A stretch of 56,134 bases of DNA from a virus (lineage: Duplodnaviria; Caudoviricetes): positions 1 to 56,134 of the IMG/VR virus record IMGVR_UViG_3300027741_000078. One strand, written 5' to 3'. Shown here one piece after another: positions 36,210 through 45,942 of the stretch. Numbering within the stretch: position 1 is the stretch's first letter; every line of letters begins with the position of its first letter. Both the position numbers and the translations under genes were made by a program. The notes under the pieces were generated by a model that was not told the DNA's origin, did no database searches, and saw only the letters and a program-made list of their open reading frames with translations.

Positions 36210-38523
36210 TGCTGCCCTTATTGCGGCACTTAAGGATCCGGATTTAGCGAAGCAGTTCGCCGCCCTTCCTGAGGTTGATAGGGCTGCGTTTGAGTGGCGT
36301 GCTAAGTGGCTAACGCAGGCACATAAGCATCAGATAATGCCACCTGGGGACTGGTGGAGTATTTGGCTTTTGTGCGCTGGGAGGGGAGCCGGCAAGACGA
36401 GATTAGCCGCGGAGCAGATAGGGTGGCTTACATGGTCCAACCCAGGGACTCGAGCGTTAGTAGCCGCCCCAACCTCCTCTGACGTCCGTGGCACCTGCTT
36501 TGAGGGTGATAGCGGGCTGCTCAATGTAATACCGCCTGCGCTGATTGAGGACTACAACAAGAGCCTGCACGAGCTGCGCCTAAAGAATGGCAGCCTCATC
36601 AAGGGTATCCCAGCAAGCGAGCCGGAGCGCTTCCGAGGCCCTCAGTTCCATTTTGCCTGGGCTGATGAGCTAGCCGCCTGGGACTACCTGCAAGAGGCGT
36701 GGGACCAGATCCAGTTCGGGTTGCGGCTGGGTAAGCGCACGATCATGATCTGCACCACCACGCCGAGGCCCAAGGATCTGATCATTGACCTCATCGGCAG
36801 GGATGGTGAGGATGTGGTGGTAACGACCGCCTCCACCTACACCAACCTATCCAACCTGAGCCAGAACTTCCAGAAGCAGATCCTGCAATATGAGGGCACG
36901 AAGTTAGGAAGGCAGGAGATTTACGCCGAGATTATTGATCCCGAGGAGTCTGGGATTGTTAAGCGGGATATGTTTAAGCTGTGGCCTGTTGATAAGCCAT
37001 TCCCGCGGTTTGAGTACATTATTCAGAGTTATGATTGCGCCTACACAGAGAAGACGCATAACGATCCGACTGCCTGCATTACCTTTGGCGTATTCAAGCC
37101 GCTTGATAGTCCGATGGCGGTAATGGTAATTGATTGCTGGCAAGACCGATTACAATACCCAGACCTGCGCCCTAAGGTAGTTGAGGAGTTCGAGAATGTT
37201 TACGGTGAAGGCAAGGATCGCAAGCGTGTTGATCTCATCCTGGTTGAAGATAAGTCAGCCGGGATTAGCCTCATCCAAGACCTACAAAGGGCCCATCTCC
37301 CCGTGCGTTCGTACAACCCCGGCGGGGCGGATAAGATGCAGCGCCTGAACATCGTATCCAACATCATCGCCCGCGGCAGGGTATGGATACCGGAGAGCAG
37401 CACCAGGCCGGGATTCGTGAGGGACTGGGCAGAGGGTATGGTTAGCCAGCTCTGCTCGTTCCCTGACACGACCCACGATGATTTCGTCGACGCGTGCGTT
37501 GATTCATTGACTCAAGTTTCAATGGCTAACGGGACAAAGGCGATCAAGGATATTCGCGTTGGCGATATGGTCATGACCCCAAAGGGATTGCGGCGTGTTG
37601 AGGCTGTCCACGATAACGGAATCAAAGAGGTTTGGTTTGTTGATGGATTGCTAGCAACCGCAGACCATTTGGTGTGGACCCAGCTTGGATGGACTCGGGT
37701 TGACCGCTTGATTCAAGGTGTTCATAATGTCTCCTTTAACAGGGAGGCTTTATGGGATTCAAATCAAAGGGCGTCGCGGTGGAGTCGGTTGTTTTTAATG
37801 GCAGAAAGTACAACCGCTATCCTGAGAGCAGCAATCCGGCGCATCGAAAGTATTTTGCAAGAGCCGGCCACCGTCTTCATCGGGATGTTTGGATTTTTCA
37901 CAACGGGCCCATTCCAGAGGGTATGCACGTCCACCACATTGACGGCAACACGGCCAACAATGACATCTCCAATCTTGCCTGCGTCACAAGAGCAGAGCAC
38001 TGGGATGAGCATCGGGCCGAGTTGTCTGAACGAAGCAAAAGCCCAAAGCAGCTTGAGCATCTCGCAAGGATCCGGGGCAGCGCGGCGCAGTGGCATAGAT
38101 CCGCTGAAGGTATTGAGTGGCATCGGCAGCACACAAGTAGGTCATTGGCAAAAACCTGGGGTGTCCCTCGGGCATACGTTGAAAAACCTTTCCAGTGCTT
38201 TTGGTGCGGCGTTCAAGGGCTGCGTAAATTGGATACAAAACGCTTTTGCTCTACAACCTGCCAAAACGCCGAGTCACGTTTCCGTCTCGGTAAAACGAGT
38301 TACCAGCACCCATATCACGCGGCACGTCTTTGACCTTACGGTTGAGGGCGAGCATTGCTATTACGCCAACGGGATGCTCGTACACAATTGCTCGCAAGGG
38401 CTTAGGTTCCTGCGTGACTCTGGCTGGATTGATATTGATCCGCCACCTCGAGATACTTACGACGACGACGACTACGCCGACTCCAGCGCAGGCAAGAAGC
38501 GCGTCAACCCCTACGCAATTTAG
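36202..38523 (+). CDS. terL: Terminase large subunit containing an intein (mature protein about 475 aa)
   Basis: GRGAGKT Walker A, WADE Walker B, TTTP, QSYDCA, VEDKSAG, HDDFVDA nuclease motif. Confidence 0.95.
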   Translation: MSDAALIAALKDPDLAKQFAALPEVDRAAFEWRAKWLTQAHKHQIMPPGDWWSIWLLCAGRGAGKTRLAAEQIGWLTWSNPGTRALVAAPTSSDVRGTCFEGDSGLLNVIPPALIEDYNKSLHELRLKNGSLIKGIPASEPERFRGPQFHFAWADELAAWDYLQEAWDQIQFGLRLGKRTIMICTTTPRPKDLIIDLIGRDGEDVVVTTASTYTNLSNLSQNFQKQILQYEGTKLGRQEIYAEIIDPEESGIVKRDMFKLWPVDKPFPRFEYIIQSYDCAYTEKTHNDPTACITFGVFKPLDSPMAVMVIDCWQDRLQYPDLRPKVVEEFENVYGEGKDRKRVDLILVEDKSAGISLIQDLQRAHLPVRSYNPGGADKMQRLNIVSNIIARGRVWIPESSTRPGFVRDWAEGMVSQLCSFPDTTHDDFVDACVDSLTQVSMANGTKAIKDIRVGDMVMTPKGLRRVEAVHDNGIKEVWFVDGLLATADHLVWTQLGWTRVDRLIQGVHNVSFNREALWDSNQRASRWSRLFLMAESTTAILRAAIRRIESILQEPATVFIGMFGFFTTGPFQRVCTSTTLTATRPTMTSPILPASQEQSTGMSIGPSCLNEAKAQSSLSISQGSGAARRSGIDPLKVLSGIGSTQVGHWQKPGVSLGHTLKNLSSAFGAAFKGCVNWIQNAFALQPAKTPSHVSVSVKRVTSTHITRHVFDLTVEGEHCYYANGMLVHNCSQGLRFLRDSGWIDIDPPPRDTYDDDDYADSSAGKKRVNPYAI
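37700..37747 (+). promoter_or_regulatory. Putative internal promoter (TTGACC-N17-CATAAT) and SD (GGGAGG) for the nested HNH gene
   Basis: -35 at 37700-37705, -10 at 37723-37728, SD at 37742-37747, ATG at 37752. Confidence 0.7.
37752..38333 (+). CDS. HNH homing endonuclease nested in an alternative frame inside the intein
   Basis: LHRDVWIFHNGPIPEGMHVHHIDGNTANNDISNL...EH; C-terminal CFWC...FCSTTC. Confidence 0.88.
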   Translation: MGFKSKGVAVESVVFNGRKYNRYPESSNPAHRKYFARAGHRLHRDVWIFHNGPIPEGMHVHHIDGNTANNDISNLACVTRAEHWDEHRAELSERSKSPKQLEHLARIRGSAAQWHRSAEGIEWHRQHTSRSLAKTWGVPRAYVEKPFQCFWCGVQGLRKLDTKRFCSTTCQNAESRFRLGKTSYQHPYHAARL

Positions 38524-38530
38524 GTGACCT

Positions 38531-39631
38531 ATGGGCGATCGGAGCATGGACAGGTTTGGTTACGCGGAGAGGACGATCGCCAACCTGATGAAGCAGCCTG
38601 AGACAAAGGCGGAGAAGAGGAACCTTACCACCGCGGAGAAGGCGCAGGCTTTCCTTGAGGAGCAGCTACGCCAGATCACCACCCCGGAGCGGGCACGCAG
38701 GCTTTCCATGACGGCCTTTGGCGGCCCCCAGAGTGGTATCCCTGGTGGTATGGGCGCAGTCGACTTCGTGCCGTTCCTGGGCTCCGCTAAGGGGGTTGAG
38801 GAGGGTGCCCGCGACGTCAACCAGGCGGCCTACGATTTGGAGTCTGGCCGGTATGGTGACGCCCTTCGCAACTATGGAGCCGCTGTGCTTGGGGTTCTGC
38901 CTGGTGCTGCTGGGGCGGTCAAGGTTGCTCCCGGTCTTGCCAAGGCAATCAAGGCGGCCCCACAGGATGAGGCTCTGAGGCTTGCCCAGCAACGAGCAGC
39001 ACTACCGCCATCGCAGGGTGGTTTAGGGTTGCCGGCAGAAAACACGCCAATCGAACGCGCTCAAGCAATGGGGTTTGATTACGCTAGAAGAAGTAGAAAT
39101 CCAAGTGAACCATTTAATGATGTCAATTACGCAATGTTTGCGGAACACAATGGGGATCCAGACGAGGCATTGGATAGATTGCGTACATTTGGCAAAGGCC
39201 AATGGTTAGGAAGAGCCGAAGTCCCAGTTAAAGACATTCAAAAAGACATTGTTCGTTTAATTAAAAGAAGAGGGCTTAACGAACCATATCAAACAACGGC
39301 GGCTAACTTGGCAAGAGAAGCCAATCCAACTGACATTGTGAACTCTGGCGGAATGTGGGACGCCCCAGAGATTGCAGAGGCGGTTGTTGAACACGCTAGG
39401 GATAAGGGAGTTGGGGGAGTATTCCTAAATGATGGTGCAATTATATGGGACCCCGAATTGATACGGTCTCGTGAAGCAGCTTTTGATCCTTGGCGTAGAG
39501 ACGCGGCAACTGCAGCAGCGTTCGGCGTAGCAGCCCCTGATTTGTTGGCAAAAGAAAAGACAGAAAAGAAGCCTAAGAAAGATAAAACTAAGAAGAAGCC
39601 CGAAGGCGCTCTATCCCTAATTACTGAGTGA
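38531..39631 (+). CDS. Hypothetical protein between TerL and portal; possible divergent ADP-ribosyltransferase (PolyVal-like) effector
   Basis: ERAQAMGFD...IRSREAAFDP flanks resemble those around ART-PolyVal domains. Confidence 0.55.
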   Translation: MGDRSMDRFGYAERTIANLMKQPETKAEKRNLTTAEKAQAFLEEQLRQITTPERARRLSMTAFGGPQSGIPGGMGAVDFVPFLGSAKGVEEGARDVNQAAYDLESGRYGDALRNYGAAVLGVLPGAAGAVKVAPGLAKAIKAAPQDEALRLAQQRAALPPSQGGLGLPAENTPIERAQAMGFDYARRSRNPSEPFNDVNYAMFAEHNGDPDEALDRLRTFGKGQWLGRAEVPVKDIQKDIVRLIKRRGLNEPYQTTAANLAREANPTDIVNSGGMWDAPEIAEAVVEHARDKGVGGVFLNDGAIIWDPELIRSREAAFDPWRRDAATAAAFGVAAPDLLAKEKTEKKPKKDKTKKKPEGALSLITE

Positions 39632-39639
39632 GAAGCAAT

Positions 39640-42201
39640 ATGGCAACACCGTTCCCTGTCGATCCGGAGTTCAACCGCTTCATTGAGGGCCAGCAGCAAG
39701 AGGAGCCTGAGCCGCTCGCTGATGACCTGTTCTCTGATGACGACACAGACATTGAGGAGCTTCCTGACGGCGGCGCTATCGTCAAGCAGACGACTGAGGG
39801 CCCGATGGAGAACGAGGACTTCTATTCCAACCTCGCCGACGACTTCGACGTTGAGATGGATGATGACCTCGGCGGGCTAGCGCTAAGGTATGTCGAGCTT
39901 GTTGAGAAGGACAAGCGGGCGCGGCAAAAGCGTGACGAGCAGTATGAGGAGGGGATCCGCCGTACTGGTCTGGGTAACGATGCTCCTGGTGGCGCTAACT
40001 TCAGCGGGGCCAGCAAGGTAGTCCACCCGATCATGGCCGAGGCCTGCATTGACTTTGCCGCTCGAGCCGTTAAGGAGCTATTCCCGCCTGACGGTCCGGT
40101 TCGCACCAACATCATCGGCGAGGTTGATGACGACAAGACTGCGGCCGCCGATCGCAAGCGTGACTTCATGAACTGGCAGCTTACTGACCAGATTGAGGAG
40201 TTCCGCGACGAGCAAGAGCAGATGATGACGCAGCTTCCTCTGGGTGGCTCGCAGTACATGAAGCTCTGGTACGACGAGCGCAAGAAGCGTCCCTGTGCCG
40301 AGTTCCTCCCGATTGACAATGTGCTGCTGCCGTTTGCCGCGGTGAACTTCTATACCGCCCAGCGCGTGACCGAGGTGCAGGACATCACGCAGTATGAGTT
40401 TGAGCGGCGTGTTGCGTCTGGGTTGTACAAGGACATCGGCTGGCTATCCTCCGCGCACGAGCTGGAAGAGACCAAGGCGCAGAAGGCCACCGACAAGATT
40501 GAGGGCCGATCCAAGGGTGAGAATGAAGACGGGATGCGCCGTATATTCCACATATATACCTGGCTCGAGCTAAAGAACGACAAGTACACAAAGGGTGAGT
40601 CGGCGCCCTACATCCTCATGATTGACGAGTACAACACCGAGGTCATCGGTCTGTACCGCAACTGGGAGGAAGGCGACGAGACGATGACCAAGCTTGACTG
40701 GATCGTCGAGTACAAGTTCATTCCCTGGCGTGGTGCGTATGCGATCGGGCTGCCACACCTCATTGGCGGCCTCTCTGCGGCCCTTACAGGCTCTCTAAGG
40801 GCTCTGCTGGACTCTGCCCACATCAACAACGCTGCGACGCTCCTAAAGCTTAAGGGCGCGAAGCTATCGGGTCAGTCTGTGCAGGTTGAGGTGACGCAGG
40901 TTGCCGAGATTGAGGCGGCTCCTGGCATTGACGACATCAAGAAGCTTGCGATGCCGATGCCGTTTAACCCTCCCTCGCCGGTGCTGATGGAGTTGCTGGG
41001 GTGGTTGACGAACGCCGCTAAGGGTGTGGTGACGACGGCCGAGGAGAAGATAGCCGACGTTAACGCCCAGGCTCCGGTTGGCACGACGCAGGCCTTGATT
41101 GAGCAGGGTGCTGCGGTCTTCTCATCTATTCACGCTCGTCTTCATGCTAGCCAGAAACGGCTGTTGAAGGTGCTTGGGCGTATCAATCGCTGGTATCTGG
41201 AGGATATGCAGCGTGATGAGGTCGTGGAGGGGCTTGAGATTAGCCGTGACGACTTCCTAAAGGTCAGTGATGTGGTCCCGGTGAGTGACCCGCACATCTT
41301 CTCTGAGACGCAGCGCATGGCCCAGACGCAGGCCGTGATGGCGATCATGGAGAAGGCGCCTGATTTGTTCAATCGACAGGCTGTTATTGAGCGGTTTTTG
41401 AAGCAGATCAAGGTTCCTAGCATCAATGAGTTGATGATTAAGAACCCTGAGCCGACGCTAACGGACGCCGCCAATGAGAATGTGGCGATGGCAAGCAATC
41501 AGATGGCTAAGGCGTTTCCTGAGCAGGACCATTTGGGGCATATTCAGGTGCATTTGGACTTTGCAAAGAACCCTGTTTACGGTTCAAACCCCTTAATTGC
41601 GCCTATTTACCTGCCAAAGGTCATAGATCATTTGCGCGAGCACATTGTCTTGTGGTATTTACATCGCATGAGCGGCTATGTTGAGAAAACAACTGGAGAA
41701 AGTCCGGAAATTTACGAAAACATGGACAATCCTAGGCCGATGGACAAGATTTTTGGGGCTGTTTCTCAGCACGTCATGCTTGATACGCAAGAAACGCTCG
41801 CTGGGATCATGCCTGAGATACAAAAACTCATGCAGATGGCCGAGCAATACAAGCAGAAACCGGAAATGCCGCCTGATGCACAGGTGTTGATGCAAACGAG
41901 CATGGCGGAGACGCAGCGCAGAGCACAAAGAGACCAGCAAGAGATGCAGTTGAAGGCCCAAGAGATGCAGGCCGAGGCGTCAATGAAGACCCAGAAGATG
42001 CAGGCCGACTATGACCTGACTCAGCAGGAGTTGAAGTTGCGCTACGGCTCTAAGCAGCTTGATAACGACCTCAAGGAGCAGATTGAGGGGGCTAAATTGG
42101 AGCGGGATGCCGCGGCATTGAAGATTGACCAGGACAAGATTGCGATCGAGATGGCTAAGGGTGGTTTGGTTCAACAAGGAGACGGCTATGGCAACGAGTG
42201 A
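39640..42201 (+). CDS. Portal protein
   Basis: SKVVHP.MAEA, FMNWQLT, GAYAIGLPHLIGG, APVGTTQALIEQG motifs; size and position. Confidence 0.9.
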   Translation: MATPFPVDPEFNRFIEGQQQEEPEPLADDLFSDDDTDIEELPDGGAIVKQTTEGPMENEDFYSNLADDFDVEMDDDLGGLALRYVELVEKDKRARQKRDEQYEEGIRRTGLGNDAPGGANFSGASKVVHPIMAEACIDFAARAVKELFPPDGPVRTNIIGEVDDDKTAAADRKRDFMNWQLTDQIEEFRDEQEQMMTQLPLGGSQYMKLWYDERKKRPCAEFLPIDNVLLPFAAVNFYTAQRVTEVQDITQYEFERRVASGLYKDIGWLSSAHELEETKAQKATDKIEGRSKGENEDGMRRIFHIYTWLELKNDKYTKGESAPYILMIDEYNTEVIGLYRNWEEGDETMTKLDWIVEYKFIPWRGAYAIGLPHLIGGLSAALTGSLRALLDSAHINNAATLLKLKGAKLSGQSVQVEVTQVAEIEAAPGIDDIKKLAMPMPFNPPSPVLMELLGWLTNAAKGVVTTAEEKIADVNAQAPVGTTQALIEQGAAVFSSIHARLHASQKRLLKVLGRINRWYLEDMQRDEVVEGLEISRDDFLKVSDVVPVSDPHIFSETQRMAQTQAVMAIMEKAPDLFNRQAVIERFLKQIKVPSINELMIKNPEPTLTDAANENVAMASNQMAKAFPEQDHLGHIQVHLDFAKNPVYGSNPLIAPIYLPKVIDHLREHIVLWYLHRMSGYVEKTTGESPEIYENMDNPRPMDKIFGAVSQHVMLDTQETLAGIMPEIQKLMQMAEQYKQKPEMPPDAQVLMQTSMAETQRRAQRDQQEMQLKAQEMQAEASMKTQKMQADYDLTQQELKLRYGSKQLDNDLKEQIEGAKLERDAAALKIDQDKIAIEMAKGGLVQQGDGYGNE

Positions 42202-42337
42202 TCAGGAGCAGCGTGGGGTTAACGTGCCCCAGCACAAGCGGATGGCGATGGGCGAGAAGCTTGACGGCAAGAGTATGAAGGGCGGCGAGAAGGAGCCGGC
42301 AAAGGGTGGGCTGCAACAGGCAAAGGAAAAGAAATGA
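42188..42337 (+). CDS. Small basic protein (49 aa)
   Basis: AAGGAG SD; VPQHKRMAMG. Confidence 0.55.
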   Translation: MATSDQEQRGVNVPQHKRMAMGEKLDGKSMKGGEKEPAKGGLQQAKEKK

Positions 42338-42513
42338 AGTTCGTTTCTGATCTGATTGATTTGATTGATGAGCAGCAAACATTCGTGTCCGAGTCTATGT
42401 TGGCGGGCGCGAATTCTTGGGAGGCGTATCAGCGTCTAGTTGGGCAAAACATTGGCCTGCAGATGGCGCTCGATTTTATTAACAACTTGCTTGAGGATGG
42501 AGATGCAAACTAA
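42334..42513 (+). CDS. Hypothetical head-module protein (59 aa)
   Basis: Translated by hand; YQRLVGQNIGL; ATGA coupling. Confidence 0.65.
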   Translation: MKFVSDLIDLIDEQQTFVSESMLAGANSWEAYQRLVGQNIGLQMALDFINNLLEDGDAN

Positions 42514-42913
42514 CGATCTGGAATGGGCTTTCCCATCGGTAGAACCGGGGGCGCGACCTGCTGGCGGACGGATTCTGGTCCAACTGCGGCGGACGAAGCG
42601 TAAGACGGCGGGTGCGGGAATCATTCTCGTAGAGGAGACGAAGGAGACGGAGAAGTGGAACAACATGGTGGCTAAGGTCATCGCGTTGGGTCCCCTAGCC
42701 TTCTGCCACCGCGACACGCAGAAACCTTGGCCGGAAGGCGCATGGTGCAACGTGGGCGATTTTGTCCGAGTGCCTAAGTGGGGCGGGGATAGATGGGAGA
42801 TTCCTGTGCCTGGCGAGGACGGCGAAGACCCGGCCCTTTTTGCCATTTTCAACGATCACGAGGTTATTGCGATCGTTACCGGCAACCCTCTTGATATGAA
42901 GGCGTTTGTATGA
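42503..42913 (+). CDS. groES: GroES/Cpn10-like co-chaperonin
   Basis: PAGGRILV...TAGAGIIL...VIALGP...VGDFV...NDHEVIA. Confidence 0.85.
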   Translation: MQTNDLEWAFPSVEPGARPAGGRILVQLRRTKRKTAGAGIILVEETKETEKWNNMVAKVIALGPLAFCHRDTQKPWPEGAWCNVGDFVRVPKWGGDRWEIPVPGEDGEDPALFAIFNDHEVIAIVTGNPLDMKAFV

Positions 42914-43764
42914 CGGACGAAATTCAAGACATTGTTGACGTGGTGGAGGAAACCGACGGCTCCGTTGTCGCTGAGATTCCCCACGAGAGTGAGCCTCAAG
43001 AAGAGCCGTCCTCGGAACTAGCGGAGCAGAACCGCAACCGCCGCAAGGAGAAGAAGGAGCGGTATAAGCGTATCAACGAGGAGAAGGATACGCAGCTTGA
43101 GCTTTTGCAGCGCCAGAACCGTGAGCTGCTCGAGCGCCTAACCGCTGTAGAGCGCCGTGGTGTCCAGTCCGAGGTCTCTTCGATGGAGAAGAAGATCCAG
43201 GACGAGGAGGAGCGCTACAAGTGGGCCCAGGATCAGATGAAGAAGGCGATGGGGGAGCTTGACGGGGAGACCTTCGTTAGCGCCCAGCAGGTTCAGGCCG
43301 ACGCCGAGAAGAAGCTTGAGTATTGGCGCTGGAAGAAGCAAAACACCATTGAGCAGGCTGAGGCACCTCCGAAGGCAGATCCAAAGGTTATCAATTATGC
43401 GAACCAATGGATGTCAAAGAATAAGTGGTATGACCCTAACGGCACTGATCCGGATAGTGAGATTGCCCGCGTAATTGACGCCCAATTGGTAAAGGAAAAC
43501 TATGACCCTGCCTCTGCCGAGTATTGGGAAGAATTGGATGCTCGCGTGAAGGAGCGCATTCCGCGTCGCCAGAGCAGGCCTAGGAGCGTCGTAACGGGCT
43601 CAGAGAGGGAGACCGCATCCGAGAAGGACGGTAACTCTTTCTACATTAGCCCTGAGCGCGTTAGGGCTATGAAGGAGGCTGGATTTTGGGACGACCCCAA
43701 GATGCGGTCAAAGATGATCAAGCGATTTGCAGAGTGGAATCGAAACAATCGGGAAAATGACTAA
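42910..43764 (+). CDS. Scaffolding protein
   Basis: Acidic/coiled-coil, WMSKNKWY motif; between portal and capsid. Confidence 0.7.
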   Translation: MTDEIQDIVDVVEETDGSVVAEIPHESEPQEEPSSELAEQNRNRRKEKKERYKRINEEKDTQLELLQRQNRELLERLTAVERRGVQSEVSSMEKKIQDEEERYKWAQDQMKKAMGELDGETFVSAQQVQADAEKKLEYWRWKKQNTIEQAEAPPKADPKVINYANQWMSKNKWYDPNGTDPDSEIARVIDAQLVKENYDPASAEYWEELDARVKERIPRRQSRPRSVVTGSERETASEKDGNSFYISPERVRAMKEAGFWDDPKMRSKMIKRFAEWNRNNREND

Positions 43765-43766
43765 AA

Positions 43767-44309
43767 ATGGATGCTAGAATTAAGAAACCGTTATCTCTTG
43801 GCGGACGCGAAACTCGTGCTAGCGAGGACGCATCAAGGGCTCCTGTAGAGGAGAAGTTCGTCTCAACGCAAGAACGTCGGAAGATGTGGAGCGATGAGTG
43901 GACACAAAGTGCGCTGCCAAAAGTGCCTGAGCTTCCGGGATGGCATCTTTGCTGGCTATCGACAACTAACTCTTACGACAGTATTGATAAGCGGATTCGT
44001 CTTGGGTACGTTCCTGTTAGGGCAGATGAGTTACCTGGGTTTGAGAATTACCGCGTAAAGGCTGGCGAGCAAATCGGACACGTTGCTTGCAACGAAATGG
44101 TTTTATACAAAATCCCTATGGACTTGTATCAAGACATTATGTTGCAAATGCACCATGAGATGCCAAACGACGAGGCGGATAAGATTCGCGTCCAAGTTGA
44201 AAATCTTCAGGGTGCCCGTGACAGTTCCGGCAAGAGTCTGGGTCGGGTAGAGGGCGAAGGGTTTGGCGAATTCGACCGAAATGTAAGAACCCCCGTATTT
44301 GCGGGATAA
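43767..44309 (+). CDS. Head-module protein
   Basis: PGWHLCWLSTTN...RLGYVPV; position. Confidence 0.65.
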   Translation: MDARIKKPLSLGGRETRASEDASRAPVEEKFVSTQERRKMWSDEWTQSALPKVPELPGWHLCWLSTTNSYDSIDKRIRLGYVPVRADELPGFENYRVKAGEQIGHVACNEMVLYKIPMDLYQDIMLQMHHEMPNDEADKIRVQVENLQGARDSSGKSLGRVEGEGFGEFDRNVRTPVFAG

Positions 44310-44326
44310 CTTTTAGGAGTAATGCT

Positions 44327-44953
44327 ATGTCAGCAAATAGTGCTCCGTTCGGCCTGCGTCCGGCGTTCCACCCTTCCGGTCTGGATCGTGCCCAAGCGCT
44401 TGCTGGCGGTATTGCATCGGCTTACAACACCGATATTCTCAAGGGCGCTCCGGTTAAGCAGAACACGAGCGGTAACATCGTTCTGGCTGCTGCATCGGAT
44501 GCAATTCTCGGCGCATTCTCTGGCGTGGAGTGGACTGATACAACGGGCCGCCGTCGTGTCTCCAACTACTGGCCGGCGAACACTGCCTACCAAACCGGAT
44601 CCTGCGTCACTTATTTCTATAGCGATCCCAACATCGTTTACGAAATCCAGACCGATGCAACGATCACTCAGGCCTCTATCGGCGACGAGTACGACTTCTC
44701 GGCTAGCACGGGCTTTACGGTCTCTAGCGGTTCCACGACCACTGGACTGTCGACGGCTGGCTTGGGCGTCTCTACCGCTGCTGGCGCTGCCGGAACTGGC
44801 GTGATGCGTGTTGTTGATTTGGCTCCCTACACCGACAACGCATGGGGTGATGCGTATGTGGTTGTGCGGGTTCAGATCGCCAAGCACCAGTACGCTTCGA
44901 TTAACGTGTCGTCGAATTCGACGTCCACCGCTGCCTACCCGGCTGCACTGTAA
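44327..44953 (+). CDS. Capsid decoration / minor capsid protein
   Basis: APFGLRP...DPNIVYEIQ; AGGAG SD; directly upstream of MCP. Confidence 0.7.
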   Translation: MSANSAPFGLRPAFHPSGLDRAQALAGGIASAYNTDILKGAPVKQNTSGNIVLAAASDAILGAFSGVEWTDTTGRRRVSNYWPANTAYQTGSCVTYFYSDPNIVYEIQTDATITQASIGDEYDFSASTGFTVSSGSTTTGLSTAGLGVSTAAGAAGTGVMRVVDLAPYTDNAWGDAYVVVRVQIAKHQYASINVSSNSTSTAAYPAAL

Positions 44954-44968
44954 TAGGAGGACTGAATC

Positions 44969-45883
44969 ATGGCAGCTCCAATGCGTAGTACCGACTTTCG
45001 GAGCATCGTTGAGCCAATTCTCAATGAGTGCTTCGATGGAGTCTATGACCAACGTACCGATGAATGGTCGCGGGTTTTCCGTGAGCAGACCGGTATCCCC
45101 CGCAACTACCACGAGGAACCGGTCCTTTACGGTTTCGGCGCGGCTCCACAACTGCCTGACGGGACCCCGGTCTCGTATCAGCAGGGTGGTGTGCTCTTCC
45201 TCAAGCGCTATGTGTACAACGTCTATGGCTTGGCGTTTGCACTGACCAAGGTGCTTGTTGAGGACGGCGACCATATCCGTATCGGCCAGGTTTACTCGCG
45301 TCACCTTGCTCAGTCTTTGATTGAGACGAAGGAGACTCTGGCTGCAAACGTGCTTAACCGTGCGTTTAACTCCAGCTATCCTGGCGGTGACGGTGTTGCG
45401 CTTAACTCCACCTCGCACCCGCTCGTTAGCGGCACCTTCAGCAACCTGTTGACGACCGCGGCAAACCTGTCGCAGACCTCGCTTGAGCAGATGTTGATCC
45501 AGATCCGTCAGGCTGTGGACAACAACGGCAAGAAGATTCGTCTGGTCCCACGCCAGTTGGTTGTGGCTCCTGGCAACGTCTTCCAGGCCGAGGTTCTGTT
45601 GAAGTCTGTTCTGCGTTCGGGCAGCGCCAACAACGACATCAACCCAGTCAAGTCGATTGGGCTGTTGGACGAAGGCGCGGCTGTTCTCTCGCGTTTGACC
45701 TCCGCCACTGCATGGTGGGTTCAGACCGACGCTCCAGAGGGCATGAAGCTTCTGATGCGCCGCAAGCTTGAGAAGACGATGGAAGGTGACTTTGAAACCG
45801 ACTCGATGCGCTACAAGGCAACTGAGCGTTACGACCTCGGATTCACGGACCCAAGGGCGATGTACGGAACTCCAGGTGTTTGA
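44969..45883 (+). CDS. Major capsid protein (Mu gpT-like)
   Basis: AANVLNRAF, GDGVAL, PRQLVVAP, RYKATERY..GFTDPR; GGAGG SD. Confidence 0.92.
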   Translation: MAAPMRSTDFRSIVEPILNECFDGVYDQRTDEWSRVFREQTGIPRNYHEEPVLYGFGAAPQLPDGTPVSYQQGGVLFLKRYVYNVYGLAFALTKVLVEDGDHIRIGQVYSRHLAQSLIETKETLAANVLNRAFNSSYPGGDGVALNSTSHPLVSGTFSNLLTTAANLSQTSLEQMLIQIRQAVDNNGKKIRLVPRQLVVAPGNVFQAEVLLKSVLRSGSANNDINPVKSIGLLDEGAAVLSRLTSATAWWVQTDAPEGMKLLMRRKLEKTMEGDFETDSMRYKATERYDLGFTDPRAMYGTPGV

Positions 45884-45890
45884 CGCGGGC

Positions 45891-45919
45891 TTGTAAACCC
45901 CAACGGGGATCTGTATACT
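45891..45919 (+). promoter_or_regulatory. Sigma70-type promoter TTGTAA-N17-TATACT for the endonuclease gene
   Basis: Spacing counted; AAGGAG SD at 45936. Confidence 0.65.
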
Positions 45920-45942
45920 CCAAGGCTTAACCACCAAGGAGT

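Larger units (their letters stand above)
37495..38388 (+). mobile_element. Intein (298 aa) inserted after HDDFVDA
   Basis: Block A CVDSLTQV...IRVGDMV, block B TADH, block F VFDLTV...YYANG, block G VHN followed by extein Cys. Confidence 0.92.

Noticed and set aside
37752-38333. Group I intron or frameshifted pseudogene as the explanation for the nested HNH
   Set aside because: The TerL frame is open throughout with complete intein blocks; the HNH has its own start, SD and stop
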